DNA of 64,000 nucleotides from an uncultured delta proteobacterium (GTDB lineage Bacteria; Myxococcota; Myxococcia; SLRQ01). Shown here piece by piece: positions 62,462-64,000 of this stretch. The position numbers and the translations under genes were made by a program. The notes under the pieces are model-generated. The model was given only the letters and a program-made list of their open reading frames with translations. It did not search any database and was not told where the DNA came from. Numbering within the stretch: position 1 is the first letter of the stretch; each line of letters starts with the position of its first letter. The stretch is from contig CAVSGM010000001.1 in NCBI GenBank assembly GCA_963727485.1, positions 1,088,001 to 1,152,000 on the forward strand. The letters run 5' to 3'.

Positions 62462-63836
62462 CCTCTGTTTCGTCCTCGCCGCCTGCTCGGGGCAGAAGAA
62501 CCCGCCGCCGCTGGGAGGCGACGGGGGCACCCGCCACGACGGGGGCACGCCCACCAACCCCTGGACCACGAGCATCGTGGACACCGGCGGGGTGGGGCTG
62601 GGGCTCCAGGCGGCGGTGAGCAGCGGCGGCAAGGTGGCCGCGGCGTACTGGGTCACCCAGGGCGTCACCAGCGGGCAGTGTCCCTACACCCCGCCGGAGG
62701 ACAAGATCGTCTGGGACCTGAAGTACGCCACCCGGGGGTCGAACGGCGACTGGAAGGTGGAGACGGTGGGGACCCTCCCGGTGGTGGGCCAGCCCCGGGG
62801 CCTGTCGCTGGGCTTCGGCGCCGACGGGGTGCCCCGGCTGGCGGCGACCGGCGGGCCGGTGGAGCCGCCGGGGCCGGACGCCTACTGCGGGAGCAACGAC
62901 GCCGACCTCTACACCCGCACCGGCGCCGGGACCTGGTCCGACGAGACCGCGGCGGCCACCAGCACCGACGCGGTGGTGCCCCCGCCCGGAGACCCGAGCT
63001 ACGACGTGGGCCCGGTCGTCGGCGACTGGCCGGCGCTCGCCTTCGACAGCAAGGGCGAGCCCGCCATCGCCTACCGGGACGTCCACTTCGGCGGGATCCA
63101 GAGCATCGACAACAAGCGCTCGGACCTCGAGCTCGCCTGGAAGCGCGGCGGCGGCTGGACCGACCTCCCGGTGGACATGGGCCGGGGCGCCGGCCTGTTC
63201 ATGAGCCTGGCCTTCGACACCAGCGACCGGCCGGTCATCGGCTACCAGGTCCAGTACCAGACGGCGACCGGGCCCAAGGCCGGGGTCTTCGCCGCCCGCT
63301 CGGACGCCCAGGGCCAGAACTTCCAGACGGTGCAGCTCTCCACCGCCACCGAGGAGGCCGACCCCTCGGTGGCGGTGAGCCCCAGCGACGGCTCGGTGTG
63401 GGTCGCCTGGTACGACGCCGGAGACGGCTTCGCCCACCTGGGCCAGCTCACCGACCCCACCCAGTTCGCCGACGTGGCCAAGGGCTGGGCCCTCCAGCGC
63501 CTCGGCGACAAGCGCTACGACGAGGGCGAGCACCCGTCCCTGGCCTTCGCCCCCGACGGCCGGGTGGCGCTCGCCTGGTACCGCTGCACCCTGGCCACCG
63601 GCGGCATCGGGAACTGCAACACCAACGACGACGGCGTGGTCTTCGCCTGGAACGACGGCACCTCCTGGCACGAGGAGATGGTCGACGCCGGCGGTGACGG
63701 GAACTGCGGGATGAGCCCCTCGCTGGTGTTCACCCCCGACGGCCACGCGGTCATCGTCTACCAGTGCTCGGTGCGGACCGGGCCCTCCACCTTCGACCTC
63801 CAGGTCTTCGCCGCCGAGCGGGAGCCTCTGCCATGA
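62385..63836 (+). CDS. Lipoprotein, probable beta-propeller; start uncertain
   Basis: VLAAC; repeated (P)SLAF..DG.P.IAY blades. Confidence 0.7.
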   Translation: MAAATRASSTRTAVGASSPIRLASISLCFVLAACSGQKNPPPLGGDGGTRHDGGTPTNPWTTSIVDTGGVGLGLQAAVSSGGKVAAAYWVTQGVTSGQCPYTPPEDKIVWDLKYATRGSNGDWKVETVGTLPVVGQPRGLSLGFGADGVPRLAATGGPVEPPGPDAYCGSNDADLYTRTGAGTWSDETAAATSTDAVVPPPGDPSYDVGPVVGDWPALAFDSKGEPAIAYRDVHFGGIQSIDNKRSDLELAWKRGGGWTDLPVDMGRGAGLFMSLAFDTSDRPVIGYQVQYQTATGPKAGVFAARSDAQGQNFQTVQLSTATEEADPSVAVSPSDGSVWVAWYDAGDGFAHLGQLTDPTQFADVAKGWALQRLGDKRYDEGEHPSLAFAPDGRVALAWYRCTLATGGIGNCNTNDDGVVFAWNDGTSWHEEMVDAGGDGNCGMSPSLVFTPDGHAVIVYQCSVRTGPSTFDLQVFAAEREPLP

Positions 63837-64000
63837 CCGCCCTCAAGCGCCTCGTCGTCCCCGCCCTCCTGGTCCTCGCCCTGGCCGGCTGCGGCCCCAG
63901 CGGCCCCATCCTCGAGGGGAGCCTGGGTCAGTACTACGACCTGGGCTTCCAGAAGACCGAGGCGGCGCTCTTCTCCAGCGAGCTGGCCATCGAGTACATC
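63833..64000 (+). CDS. Lipoprotein (partial, runs off the window)
   Basis: MTALKRLVVPALLVLALAGC; ATG overlaps the previous stop. Confidence 0.7.
   Translation, partial: MTALKRLVVPALLVLALAGCGPSGPILEGSLGQYYDLGFQKTEAALFSSELAIEYI

Overview
Very GC-rich, densely coding DNA that looks myxobacterial (MYXO-CTERM proteins, many Cys-rich lipoproteins, Ser/Thr kinase, FHA-sigma54 activator, elb-like and glt/mts-like loci). Contents in order: a REC-PAS histidine kinase / NtrC-like activator / degenerate REC-GGDEF operon (0.2-4.2 kb); a Cys-repeat lectin-like lipoprotein; an eRF1-like (baeRF) protein; tRNA-Ala(GGC) followed by a decayed accessory patch (two paralogous lipoproteins, TetR remnant, ECF sigma/FecR-like anti-sigma, lower-GC HD gene next to an IS91/ISCR remnant; 9.9-16 kb); an elb-like ether-lipid operon with multidomain ElbD (16-25 kb); an uncharacterised TPR/ParA/roadblock x2/V4R operon (25.2-29.8 kb); a ClC protein; surface proteins; and a ~26 kb divergent locus (37.9-64 kb). 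Its left arm encodes an Agl/Glt-like motor and trans-envelope complex whose GltG-like TonB-C protein appears fused to a Ser/Thr kinase, plus an FHA-sigma54 activator. Its right arm is a sigma54-promoter-led mts-like cluster of thrombospondin/VWA surface proteins. About ten genes carry small indels, most at or near GATC, and are probably long-read basecalling errors. All family assignments come from motif recognition by eye; no database search was run.
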